DNA from: the human T2T-CHM13v2.0 reference genome, Homo sapiens | Strand: one strand, 5' to 3' | DNA length: 64,000 nt | Assembly: GCF_009914755.1 (NCBI RefSeq) | Contig: NC_060927.1 | Shown here: positions 13,251 to 25,960 of the stretch, piece after piece | Layout: the number at the start of each line of letters is the position of its first letter | Position numbering within the stretch: the first letter of the stretch is position 1 | Made by a program: the position numbers and the translations under genes | Notes under the pieces: generated by a model | The model's database searches: none | What the model was told of the DNA's origin: nothing | The model's input: the letters and a program-made list of their open reading frames with translations, nothing else

Positions 13251-13954
13251 TTCTCTTTCTCTCTCTCTGAAGGTACAGTAGATAGATTAACTTCAAGGGA
13301 TCACTTCACAGAATTAAGGATATGATTGAGATTGAAGATAGATAATGAGTTTAAGGTAGAATAATCTGAGAACACCCACCACTCTTCTCAGGGAAAAAAC
13401 ATGTGACTCCCAGAAAGATACTATGTAAGTATGGCTCTCCTCATTTGGAAGATTCAAGGAAAGAATTCAGTTAATTAATTTAAGGGAGAAGCCAGATAAG
13501 AAAAGAAAGTGGCATACATTTATGTAGTAATTCATGGATTATTATTATTATTATATAAGGAGCAGACACAAAGTAATGGGAGTAGGTAGAATTTTGTTTA
13601 TCCAATCAACTATGCAGTCTAAAAAAATAAAGCTCATTGTTTTGGTGGCAAATTACATTTTTAAAGGTAATTTAGCAGCCTTCAGGATCCCCAGAATACA
13701 GTTGATAGGTAGCTCCACTCAGAGCCATCTTAAGCCCAAAGGAGCAAAAATTCCAAGGAACAAGAAGGAATAGGGGATGGCATCCCATTGTTCTGTGGGC
13801 TCATGTATTGTATTCTAATGTAATCATCTGGGATATTATCTTAATATCACAAAAATATTTATTTAAAAAGACTATAGATTGATTAATTGATTTCACAATT
13901 GATTTTACAATTAATCTATGGTCTTTAAAATAAGTATTTTATAATATTAAGCAT

Positions 13955-14494
13955 TGCGATGGTTAATATTGAGTGGCAACTTGATTGAAGGATGCAAAGT
14001 ACTGTTCGTGGGTGTGTCTGTGAGGGTGTTGCCAAAGGAGATTAACATTTGTGTCAGTGGACTGGGAAAGGCAGACCCACCCTCAATTTGGGTGGGTACC
14101 ATCTAATAGCTGCCAGGATGGCTCAAATCAAGTAGACAGAAGATGGAAAGAGCAGATTTGCCGAGTCTTCTGGACTTCATTTTTCTCCTGTGCTGAATGC
14201 TTCCTGCCCTTTAAACATCAGACTCCAAGTTCTTCAGCTTTTGGACTCTTGGACTTACACCAGTGGTTTGCCAGGGGCTCTCCAGCTTTCCATCACAAAC
14301 CGAACACTGCACTGTTGGCTTCCCTACTTTTCAGGTTTGGGACACGGACGGGTTTCCTTGCTCCTCACCTTGCAGACGACCTATTGTGGGACTTCACCTT
14401 GTGATCGTGTGAGTCAATACTCCTTAATAAACTCCCCTTTATTTGTACATCTATCCTATTAGTTCTGTCCCTTTAGAGAACCCTGACTAATACA
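13955..14494 (+). mobile_element. MLT2A (HERV-L) solo LTR
   Basis: TG...CA termini (tgcgatggttaatattgagt ... gagaaccctgactaataca), internal aataaa, 5-bp TSD agcat/agtat. Confidence 0.9.
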
Positions 14495-14729
14495 AGTATA
14501 ATACTTATTGTAAAAAGATTTGAAAAATATGTAGAATTGCTCATAAAAAATTCATGTGTAATCCCACCAAGGAGTGAAAATTCTAAAACTCTTGGGATTT
14601 ATGTGTTTCTAATATTTTACAGATACACATATGCCCATGTTCAAGATCACATAACATAGAAAATCTCTAAATCCCCTGCTATTACTTACTTATTAATTAT
14701 CAGATGAGTATGGTCTAATATAATTTGAA

Positions 14730-15030
14730 AGTCTTTTAAAACCTTATTTAATGTCTATTTAACATCTTATTCAACTAATAGTCTATAATTTATTTGGCCA
14801 TTTTCTATTGTTTGCCATTGAAGCCATTTTAAATTTTGTGTTAATATAAATAACCCAGCAATGAATGTCTCTATAATTAAGATTTTATTTTTAATTTTTT
14901 TCTCAGATATTTTCCCAGAAGAAAACTATTGGATTAATAAATTTGAGCTTTCAAAAGTCCTTAATGTATTTTTCTAAATCTTTTTCTAGAAAAACTGACA
15001 ATTTACCCTCCACCAGAGTGCATGAGAGAG
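14730..15030 (-). mobile_element. Old L1ME 3' fragment
   Basis: ataaataacccagcaatgaatgtctct...acaatttaccctccaccagagtgcatgagag matches antisense L1 ORF2 end. Confidence 0.5.
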
Positions 15031-15589
15031 ACTTCTTTACCTATTGAAGGAGGAGACCATTTATTATCTAGAGAAAAAACAAACAACTTTATTGATTGCT
15101 TGTGAATGGGAGAGATGTACTTATTTATATATTATAGTCACTCTAAGCAAAACAAGAAGTTAGAGGAAGTAGTTAAAGATTTGACAGATTTTCAGAATGG
15201 GGAGGTTTAGGGACTGGATGAGTTTCATTCTTGGGAGCATGGTTACTGGAGTTAGGCTGTTGTCGATTAGCTAACATTCAAACATGTGGCATTGTTATCC
15301 ATTGTCTGACTTTCAGAGCCATGAATACGGATCCAAAGCATCTGAGTAACCGAGGTAAGATTAACCTCTATTCTGCTTTGTTACCTGACCAAAGTTTAGG
15401 ATTATGGTGAATAAACTGTTCATTTTGTCATTATTTGGATTTTGAAAGTATAAAATTTTTGTTTTACACCCTATCTCTAACATAACTGAGAATTATATTT
15501 TAAATATCTGTTAAAGGTAAAAAACAAGTAAGATCTCATTGAAGTTCTAAAGTGGATTAATAATGAGGTTTAATTTTTTTATATGTTTC

Positions 15590-16215
15590 CTTTCCTAATG
15601 CCTGTCATGTACAAGTGTACTAGGGGATCCTAAGACAAATAAGGCCTATAAACATTCACATGACAGTTGGAAAATCTGGGAAATAATCAGACAATTGCTA
15701 TAGAATGTGCTGAGAGTTGCCATGGATCTAAGTTAAGGTGGGCAAGTGCAGAAGAAGGGCATGCTTCTCACGGGAGATAACGCACGAGCTGAGTCCTGAA
15801 AGCCAGAGAGCCAGCTACAAGGATTCAAAATGGAGAGAATGTGTGAAACATCTGAGAGTTCTAAATAGTTCTGCACAGACAGAGCAGAAAGGGTAATCAT
15901 TAGTGACGAGGCTGCAGAGGAAAATATGGATGTATTTATAGTGTCACACCAAGGGAAAAAAAGTGTGAAGATTCTGTCAGACTATATAGTTGACTATGTA
16001 ATTGTCTAGCTGATAGAATGTGGGAGAGGCAGAAGTAAACGGAGTGAAATCATTTACACTCGGATGACTCCTAGTTTACCGAAGTAGACTAGAGAGGAGA
16101 TGCTGCATGCACAGACATAGGGAGTTGGAAGAGAAGGAGCCTTGAGGCAGGATGGAGGATAAATTCAGTTTGGGACATGTGGCATTTGAGCTGCCTGAGG
16201 AAAATATAAAAGAGG
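15590..16215 (-). mobile_element. L2 fragment
   Basis: aaattcagtttgggacatgtggcatttgagctgcctgagg matches antisense L2 core. Confidence 0.6.
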
Positions 16216-17364
16216 TTTTCTCCTCTCTGCCCTTACCCACAAGTCCTTCCCCCTAGAGTCCCCTCCTTGTGCCTTCTCACTCTCCAAATCCTACCCAAGC
16301 TATAGCCAAAGTTTAACCCATTAGTCATAATAATCTTTGCCTACCTGAATTCAGTTGAAACATTTGCCTAAAAACTATTTAAATAACACTTATCCAGACA
16401 TATGAGTTTTGTCCTCTCAAAAAGGTGCTCTTACCTTGTTGTATGGCCCCTGTATGAGACAGGATCAACATAATGGACAGCAAGTCTGTTGGCTACTTGG
16501 ATTTCAATAAATGGCAACCAGAAATGAACAACTCATTGAGTGAGGTAAAAAACAAGTTGGAGGCTGATTTGAGGAAAGAATGCATGCTTTGGGGAAAATA
16601 TGTACTTATTACTGTAAATTGTTTAGCTCAGTCACAGTGAGTGACAGCTGAGATGTGATAGAGTAGAGAAAGTGTTTTCCTAGTAAAGGGTGATGAGCTG
16701 TGTTGGGTTTTGTGTAGATGGTATGCCATGACCATATTATATTTTAATAGATGGAATTCCAGGGTGTGATCACTGCCATGGTATTGTACATTAGTGACTT
16801 ATTTGCTTTTATTTGTATGTAAGGGAAGAGCACCTTCCTAGAGATTAATAGACATTGAAATGCATAGATACAAGGTTTGATTATTACTAAGGCTCCCTTT
16901 TCCCCCTGCCTTACAACATAATAAAGCTTTAATCTAAATTAGGTTTTCAAAATTATACGTAACAAAAGAGGAAGACACATAAGCTATGCTGACATTCAGA
17001 ATATACAGTAATTGCCCAGGGAGATGCACTATGCCTGTAGCTGATTAATCATAAGCTTTGAATATCATTTAGTTATTTCATATACACCACCCAAAAAAGT
17101 ATCACTAATGCTTTAAATGATACTCATGTAGCAACTGTCATTGCCTAACAAATGAAACAGACAGATGTGAACAGTGATAACAAAGATGTATATCTTTTTT
17201 CTAAATCAAATAGCACCTTCTTAGAGATAATAGTTTAGCAAGAAAAAAGAAGTGCGAATGAACAGATTTTTTACACATTTAACACAATGGGAAAAGAACT
17301 GTATGTATGCATGTCTGATTTTTGTGATTTGACTCAAATTAAAATCACTATGGGGTCAGGAATT

Positions 17365-18265
17365 AAAAGGAGCCCAGTTCACAGTAGTATGGATTAGCAA
17401 TTCTAAAATTGCTATCTGTGGATCTTAGGATTGAGCATATGAGTGAGTAATGCTGAGAAAAATGAAAGCCACATTACTGCCAGTTGGAGAATGGAATTAG
17501 AAATATAAAAAGAAAAAGATAAGAATAACCTCTGTTATAATAAATTTAAATGGAAGTAATAGTATGCATGCATAGATTTTAATATATGAATAAAATTATA
17601 GCTATTGATAAGAGATATAGATATGGATATATGCATGTCTATATTTTGTAGTTCTTTCTATTAAAAGGGACTAAAAATAAAGATGCCTGTATAGCAATGA
17701 GCAAACTTATATCTCATATATTAGTTTCCCTTTTTTAATAGTCCATGTTTCTTTATTATAGTAAATTATACATAATAATTTATGTATTATGTATTATGTA
17801 TTATGTAAGATGATAGATAAAATCTATCATCTTAGCCACTTTTGAGAGTACAGTTCAGTGATGTTACGTACATTCACATTGTTGTACAGAACTTTTTCAT
17901 TTTCCCAAACTGAAACTTTTTACCCATAAAACACTAATGCCCCATTTCCCTACACTACCCAGCCCCTGGCAACCATCATTTTACTTTTACATGTTAGTTT
18001 CTGTATACTATACCCTACTAACAGAAGCCAGAGCTCCATAGAGAAATGAATGAGTCCACAGCTATGGCAGTGGAGTACGAGACCTGTCTGGAACATATCA
18101 TTGTGATATAAAGCAAGGATATTTTAAATAAAATAATAGGAATATAGCAAAAGGACACTGGAGACAGATTGAAGTGGCTCTCACTTGACAAATTTCAGAC
18201 AATTTCATGAAAATGGATAATGGGACTAACAGACTCTTCCTGAAACAAAATAATAATCTATGATT
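17365..18265 (+). mobile_element. L1MC-type 3'UTR interrupted by an antisense L1MB-type 3' end (~17750-17990)
   Basis: L1MC motifs agaagccagagctcc, gacaaatttcagacaattt; nested gtacagttcagtgatgttacgtacattcacattgttgtaca...cccagcccctggcaaccatcatt. Confidence 0.6.
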
Positions 18266-18333
18266 ATTACTAATATATTACTAATATGATTTACTAATAT
18301 ATGTATGTAAACAAATATATACATATATGTATA

Positions 18334-18545
18334 GAGGTCCTCCATGAGGGTCCCACCCCTGCAGCAAACTTCTGCCTGGACATCCAGGCATTTCTATACA
18401 CCCTCTGAAATATAGGTGGAGGTCCCCAAACTTTAATTTTTGACTTCTGTGTACCCTCAGGCTCAACACCACATGGAAGCTGCCAAAGCTTGGTGCTTGC
18501 ACCCTCTGAAGCAATGGCCTGAGCTATACCTTGGCCCTTTTAGCC
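18334..18545 (-). mobile_element. Orphan THE1/MaLR internal fragment without LTRs
   Basis: cccctgcagcaaacttctgcctggacatccaggcattt...gcaccctctgaagc; homologous in reverse to the MSTA internal region at ~40950-41160. Confidence 0.85.
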
Positions 18546-21500
18546 CTTGATTTAGTTCTCAGCTAGAATGTTATTGGTGTAAAGAAATGCTACTGACTTT
18601 TATGTATTGATTTATCCTAAAACGTTACTGATGTTACTAGGTCCAGGAGCCCTTTGGCAGCATCTTTAGAGTTTTCTAGCTATAGAGTCATATCATCAGT
18701 AAAGAGAGGTAGTGGGACTTTAAATCTTTTTATTTTTCTATTTGGATGGCTTTTATTTCTTTCTCTTGCCTGATTACTCCATCAAGGACTTCCAGTACTA
18801 TGGTAAACAAGAGTGGTGGGAGTGGGCATTCTTGACTTGTTTCAGTTCTCAAAGGAAATGGTTTCAGCTTTTGCCTGGTCAGTATGATGCTGGCTGGATT
18901 TGATATAGATGGCTCTTATTATTTGGAGATATGTTCCTTCAATGATTAGTCTGTTGAGGGTTTATAATATGATAGGATATTATATTTTATTGAAGGCTTT
19001 TTCTACAATTATTGAGATAATCATATGGTTTTTGTATTTTAATATTTTATATGGTGAATTACATTTACTGATTTGCATATGTGGAAACAACCTTGCATCC
19101 CAGAAATAAGCCTACTTTGTCATGGTGAATTAATTTTTTAATGTGCTGTTGGATTAAGTTTGCGAGTATTTTGTTGAGGATTTTTTATGACTATGTTCAT
19201 CAGGGGTATTGGCTTGTAGTTTTCTTTTTATATTGTGTCTCTATCAGATTTTGGTATCAGAATGATGCTGCTTTTCTAGAATGGTTAAGGAAGAGCCCCT
19301 CATCCTTGATTGTTTGGAATAGTTTCAGTAGAGTTGATACCATTTAATCCTTGTATGTCTGGTACAATTCAGTTGTGAATCCATCTTCCATCTGGTCCAG
19401 TGATTTTTGTTTGTTTGTTTTTGGTTGCTCAGTTTTTTATTACTGATTCGGTTTTGAAACTTCTTGTTGGTCTGTTCAGGTTTTTCTTCCTGGTTCATTC
19501 TGGGAGGTTGTGTGTTTCCAGGAATTACCCATTTCCTCTTGATTTTCTAATTTGTGTACATAGAGTCATTAATAATAATCTCTGAAGATCTTTTGTATTT
19601 CTGTAGGATCAGTTATGATGTCATTTTTGTCACCTGATTGCACTTCTTTGAATCTTCACCCTTGTTTTTTGTTAATCTAGGTAGTGGTCTATTAATAATA
19701 ACAAGCTCATGATTTTATTGATCTTTTGTATGGATATTTACATCACAATTTCATTCACTTCCTCTGTAATTTTAGTTATTTCTTTTCTTATGCTTTTTTT
19801 TTTCCTAGTTCCTCTAGGTGCAAAGTTACATTGTTAATTTGAGATCATTCTTACTTCTTGATGAAGACATTTAGTGCTATAAACCTTTTAACACTGCTTT
19901 GAATGCATCCCAAAAATCTTGGTAGGTTATTCTCTATTTTCAATAATTTGACAGATTTTTAAAATTTTGCCTTAATTTCATTTTTTCACCCAAGAGTTAT
20001 TCTGGAGCAAGTTGTTTAATTTACATATCTTATGAAGTTTTGAGAGAACTTCTTGGTACTGATTTCTATTTGTATTGCACTATGGTCTGAGATTGTGCTT
20101 GGTATAATTTTAATTTTTTGAATTTACTGAGACTCTTCTTATGACTGAGCATGTGTTAAATCATAGAATATATTGTGTGTGTATGAGAAGAATATATTCT
20201 GTAGTTTATAGGTGGAATATTTTATACATTTTTTTAGGTCCAAATGGTCAAGTGTTGAGTTTAAGAATTTATTTGTTAGTTTTCTGCTTTGATGAACTGT
20301 CTAACATTGTCAGTGGGATGTTGAAGCCCTTTGCTGTTATTGCAGCTTTCTAAAAATTTGTATAGGCCAAGAAGAACTTGCTTTATATATCTGGGGGCTC
20401 TAATGTTGAGTGTGTATATATTTAGGACAGTTAAATTTTCTTGCTGAATTGAGCCATTTATTATGTAATGGTCATCCTTGCCCTTCGTGATTGATGTTGG
20501 TTTAAAGTCTGTTTTATCTGATTTAATAATGGTGACTTGCTCTTTGTTTGTTTTCCATTTGCATGGTAGATCTTTCTCCACCCCTTTACTCTTTGCCTAT
20601 GGGCTGTCATTACATGTGAGATGTATCTCTTGAATACAGCATACAGTTGGATCTTGTCTTTTTATCCAACTTTTCACTATGCCTTTTAAGTGGGGTGTTT
20701 AGACCACTTACATTCAGGGTTATTATTGGTACATAACATTTTTATCCTGTCATTATGTTAATAGCTGGTTGTTTTGTAGATTTGATTGTGTAATTGCTTT
20801 ATATTGCCTGTGGCCATGTCTGTAAGTTGATTTTTTGGTAGCTAGTGTCAATCCTTCATTTTCATGGTTAGCACTGCCTTAAGGACCTCTTATGAGGCTG
20901 GTCTGGTGGTAATAAATTTCCTTGGTGATTGCTTGTTTGAGAAGTATCTTATTTCTTTTTCATATATGAAATTTAGTGTTGTGAGATATGAAATTCTTGG
21001 TTGGAATTTCTTTTCTTTGAGGATGCTGTAAATAGCCCCCCAACATCTTCTAGTTTTATGGTTTCTGCTGAGAAATCCAGTGCTAGCCTAATGGGTTTCT
21101 CTTTGTAAGTGACCTGATCTTTCTTTCTAGCTGCCTTTAATATTTTTTCTTTCACTTTGACCTTGGAGAATCTGATGAGTATGTGACTTGGTGATAGTTG
21201 CCTTATATAATATGTCACAGGGTTTGTCTGTATTTCTTGAATATGCATATCAGTCTCTGCAATATTGGAAAAATTTTCATGGACTATCTACTCGAAAATG
21301 TTTTTTAAGTTGCTTATTCTCTCTCCTCTCTCAGAAATGACAGTGAGTCACAAATTTGTTTTTTTACATAATTCCACTTTCTTGGAGGTTTTATTGATTT
21401 TAAAAATTATTTTTTCTTTATTTTCATCTGACAGAGTTAATTTGAAGAACTGGCCTTCGAGCTCTGTGTCTCTTTCCTCTGCTCAGTCTATCTGCTGTTA

Positions 21501-21903
21501 ATGGTTCCAACTGTATTATGAAATTCTTACAGTGAATTTTTAGTTCCAGAAGTTTAGTTTGCTTCTTTCTTAAAATGGCTATTTTATCTTTCAGCTCATA
21601 AATCATTTCACTAGATTCTTTGGATCCCTTGGATTGGGTTTCGACTTTCTCCTCGATCTCAATGAGCTACCTTACCATCACATTCTGAATTATTTATCTG
21701 ACATTTCAATTATTTCAAACTGGCTAAGAACTATCAGCCTGGGGGGATAATGTGTTTGTCCAAAGGTAAGGAGACACTCTGGCTTTTTGAATTGCCGGAG
21801 TTCTTGTTCTGGTTCCCTTTCCCATCTGAGAGGTCTGTTGTCCTTTTAACTGTGGTGTAGGTTGAGTATAGGTGGCTTCATTTCTAGGTGCTTTCAGAGA
21901 GAT
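18546..21903 (-). mobile_element. L1 (L1PA15/16-L1PB age): end of 5'UTR, ORF1 and 5' two-thirds of ORF2, 3' end missing; 5' end fused to U6
   Basis: ORF1 remnant IRFSKVKVKEKILKAARKKDQVTYKEKPIRL (20973-21248); endonuclease remnant SDKTDFKPT...GSIQQENLTVLNIY (20276-20581); ORF1 start near 21825. Confidence 0.9.
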
Positions 21904-22010
21904 AAAAATATGGAACACTTTATGAAAGTCCATGTCATCTTTGCACAGGGGCCATTCTAATCTTCTCTGTATCATCCCAATTTTAGTATATGTTCTGCTG
22001 AAACAAGCAC
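21904..22010 (-). pseudogene. Full-length U6 snRNA retropseudogene (RNU6-like)
   Basis: Reverse complement gtgcttgtttcagcagaacatatactaaaattgggatgatacagagaagattagaatggcccctgtgcaaagatgac...gttccatattttt; 107 nt, about 16 substitutions versus recalled U6 (many at CpG), ACAGAGA box retained. Confidence 0.97.
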
Positions 22011-22798
22011 TGAAAGACTATTTGACCATATATATGTGGGTTTAATTCTTGGTTCTCCATTCTGTTCCACTGTTCTATTTTTATACTAATATCATACTAT
22101 TTTAATTATTGTTTCTTTATAGTAAGTTTTGAAATCCAGAAGGGTGATACTTCAAGCTTTGTCCTTCCTGTTCAAAACTGTTTTGGCTATTTGGAGTCTT
22201 TTGTTATTCCATATGTATTTCAGTATAATTTTTTTATTTCTGCAAAAAAATGATATTTTGATAGGGATTGCATTCAGTTGGCTTGAGTAATATGGATAAT
22301 TTAACAATATTACATCATCTACTCCATGAACATAAGATATCTTTCTATGTGTTTTTGTCTTTTACTATTTCTTTCAGCAATGTTTTGTAATTTTCAGTGT
22401 CCAAGTCTTTGTCTCCTTTGTTAAGTTTATTCTTAAGTATTATATTCTTTTTTATGCTTTTGTAAAAATAAGGTTGTTTTCTAAATTTTCTTCTCAGATA
22501 GTTTGTTGTCAGTGTATGGAGATATAATTGATTTTGTTGCACATTGATTTTCATATTCTGCAACTTTGCTAAATTCACTTATTGGTTCCTTTAAAAAGAG
22601 AGAGAGGGAGAGAAAGAGAGAGAGAGAGATGAGGCCTCATTCTGTCACCCAGGCTAGAGAGTAGTGGCACAATCTTAGCTCAGTGTAGTCTCAAACTCCT
22701 GGGTTCAAACAATTCTCTCGTTTCAGCCTCCTGGGTAGCTAGGATTATAGGCATGCACCACACTGCCTGGTTATTTTTTTTAATTTTTTTAATTTTTA

Positions 22799-22833
<35 letters not shown>

Positions 22834-23935
22834 AGCCTGGCTGGGTCTTGCTATTTTGCCAGTGCTGGCCTTTAACTTCGGGCTCCCACGTTAGCCTCTG
22901 AAAGTGCTTGTCTTACAGCCTTTAGCCACTATACCTGGCCTAATTTATTAATTCTAACAAATTTTTGTTTGTGTAGTCTTTAGGATTTTCCAGATATAAG
23001 ATTATGCAATCTGCAAACAGAGATAATTTTACATCTTCCATTACACTTCTTGTAAGGCAGGTCTAGTAGTGCCAAATACCCTCAGTTTTTGTTTGTCTAA
23101 GAAGTCTATTTCTCTTCTTTATTTTACAATGACAGTTTTGCTGATTATAGCAGTCTTCATTGGCTGTTTTTTTTTCCTTTTAACATTTCAAATATATTAT
23201 CCCTCTGTTTCTGGCCTGCAAGGTTTCTGCTGAGAAATACACTTATAGTGTTCATATGATTGAGTAATATCAAATGACTGTCTTCAAGTTTACTGGTTCT
23301 TTCACTATTGAAGCTCTCTATTGAGTTTTTTGGTGCAGTCATTGTGTTCTTCTGTTCCTGAATTTCTATTTGGTATTTTTTAAATATCTCTTCAGAAAAC
23401 TTCTTCCTTCATTCATGTATTGTTTTTCTGATTATTGTTTAGTTGTCTATCTGTATTATAGTTCACTGAGCTTCTTAAGATTATTTTGACTTTTTTTTGT
23501 CTTGCAGTTCATAGCTCTCCATTTATTTAGGATTGGTTTCTAGTGAGTTATTTTGTTTCTTTGGTGGTGTCATGTTTTCTTGGTTATTTGTGATCCTTGT
23601 AGCATTTCATTGACATCTACACCTTTGAAGAAGTAGTCACTTATTTTAAATCTTTACAAACTGGCTTTATCAGGAAAACTTCTTCACCAGCCAGAGATTC
23701 TGAGCAGGTTGCCTCGTAGGGTCTGTGGATGGGCCTGCTGATAGGTTTCACAGGTGAGCAGGTCTGGTGCCTTAATCTATGGAGGCCAACCTGGTTCCAG
23801 GATCCACTTGGACAAGCGCAGAGCCAGGATCTGTACAAACAGCCCTGGAGCTTGAGTCCACAGAAAGCAGGCTTTCAAAGAGGGTCAACTGGAGCAAGCC
23901 TGGATTCTGGGTCCATAGGGGCAAATTTGGAAACT
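22011..23935 (-). mobile_element. Old L1M fragments (ORF2, ORF1, 5' region) with internal deletions
   Basis: RT-region remnant KDLDTENYKTLLKEI (22345-22578); ORF1 remnant at 23040-23480. Confidence 0.7.
22590..22940 (-). mobile_element. AluJ with (GA)n at the tail end and (TG)n in the linker
   Basis: Diverged dimeric Alu: ctgtcacccaggctag...gccactatacctggcc. Confidence 0.85.
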
Positions 23936-24782
23936 TTGATCTGCCATTTTCTCATTGTTTCAAAAGTTTAAAAACTATTTCACATTATTGGATTTCCAAT
24001 AAAGAAGCATAGATTTAAGAGTATTCAAGTTCCTGAAGTAGCTAGAACCAAAACATAACTATGTCCTCTATATTATATGTTGACAGAATGGCTACTGTAG
24101 TAAAATTACGCTGTATAAATGTTATTTTACTAATGTTACTAGTGTCTAAGATAGAAGAGCATCTAATATATTTTTGATTGGCTGTTTGAATTGTATTTTC
24201 AAAATAATTATAAACATTTTAATCATTGTTCAAATATGTGGTTTTAGTATTTTATACCAATAAAGTAAAAATATAAAAATATTTTAGTAGTTTAGTTTCT
24301 ATTTAATTTATATAAGAATGGTTCTTATGTCATAAAATGTGTAGGAATATTCAATATAAAAGGATTATAGTAATAAACTGTACCAATTCTGAATATTAGA
24401 TATTTCACAAAGTACTAAAATGAGTGGCAGCTGCTCACATTTGAAGATAATGCTCATGTCATTAAACAAAGATGTCATTCTAATTTAAAGTTATATTAAT
24501 AGAAGATTAAACAAAATCCAGAGCATCATGCTGAAAATAGCATTATTAAATTGTAGAAATTTTTACCATTACAAATGTGTTTGACACAAATCAAATATTT
24601 TCTGTTTAGTCATTACAAAATAAGTGTTAACTATTAGGACCTATGACAAGAAAGCCTAAAAATTAGGTAGAATTTATTATATTTATATGAGATCTGGCTC
24701 TTAAAATTGAATTTCAATGATTTTAAGATCATATTAATACTTAGCATTCTTTAAATATTTTTACTTTTAAAAATATAATTTA

Positions 24783-25081
24783 GGCCGGGTGCAGTGGCTC
24801 ATGCCTGTAATCCCAGCACTTTGGGAGGCCGAGGCAGGTGGATCACAAGGTCACGTCAGGAGTTCGAGACCAGCCTGGCCAATATGGCGAAACCCCGTCT
24901 CTACTAAAAATACAGAAAAATTAGCCAGGCATGGTGGTGCATGCCTTTAATCCCAGCTACTTGGGAGGCCGAGGCAGGAGAATTGCTCGAACCAGGAGGC
25001 AGAGGTTGCAGTGAGCCAAGATAGCACCACTGCACTCCATCCTGGGCGACAAGAGCGAGACTCCATCTAAAAAAAAAAAAA
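24783..25081 (+). mobile_element. AluS (AluSg-like), full length
   Basis: ggccgggtgcagtggctc...gagactccatct plus A tail; TSD approximately aaaaatataattta / aaaaccataattta. Confidence 0.95.
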
Positions 25082-25090
25082 CCATAATTT

Positions 25091-25140
25091 AGTCCAAGAT
25101 GAACCTGCGCAACATATTAAGACCCCAACTCTACAGAAAT
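25091..25140 (+). mobile_element. Short old Alu left-monomer (FLAM-like) remnant
   Basis: agtccaagatgaacctgcgcaacatattaagaccccaactctacagaaa resembles the 3' half of the Alu left arm. Confidence 0.5.
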
Positions 25141-25199
25141 ATTTTTTAGAATTTAAAATTTAAAAACCTAAAAAATAATTAACTAATGAAACTTAAAAA

Positions 25200-25865
25200 G
25201 TATGCAAAATATTTAACAGTGACTTCATAAAATAATATATACAAATGGAAAGTGTTCATAAAGATGTGGAATAACTGAAACTGTCATACATTCATAACAT
25301 TGAAGAGACACTTTCAAAAACAGTTTGGAAGTGTCTAAAAAGGCAAACATAACGTGTAGCATATATGGTAAAGCAATCACCTATGCAGCTATTTATCCAA
25401 GAAAAGTGAAAATGCACATTAGGAAAAGACTTGCATTTATAGTTTTTTAGTATCTTAATTTATATCAAAAACTGGAATCAACTCAAAAGGCCATCAACTA
25501 ATGAACAGAAAAACATACTGTGGTACATGCATACTGTGGGATTTTACCCAGCAATAAAGAGGTAAAAGCTAGTGAGACACTGCAGCAACACAGATAAATT
25601 ACAAAACCATCATTCTAAGTGAAAGAAACCAGACTCAAAAGACAACATATGAACAATTTCATCTATATAAATTCTTTAAAAGTGGCTAACTATATTAACA
25701 GAAAACATATTGTTTGCCAGGGTTTAAAGTCACGGGAGAAGATCAACTGCGAAGAGGAATGTAGGAACTTTTTTAGATGATGTCATGTTTAATATCATAA
25801 TCTTGGTGAGAATTACAAGACTATGTACATTTGTTCAAAACTTGTCAAGTACTACCTCAATAAAC
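25200..25865 (+). mobile_element. Old L1 (L1ME/MD) 3' end
   Basis: aaaactggaatcaactcaaaaggccatcaac...ctaagtgaaagaaaccagactcaaaag...tacctcaataaa. Confidence 0.7.
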
Positions 25866-25960
25866 CTTAGTTACCAAAATTGCTTATCATGGAAATAATG
25901 TAAATAATTCAGAAATGTTGGATATATTTTTTATTTGATAATCATGATATGCTATGTGTC

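Noticed and set aside
15045-15430. Possible ancient LTR fragment (also ~13450-13780)
   Set aside because: Only a vague LTR-like character; no family, termini or TSD could be supported.
21904-22010. Functional U6 gene
   Set aside because: About 16 substitutions with CpG decay; the upstream region is old L1 sequence with no recognisable PSE/TATA promoter.
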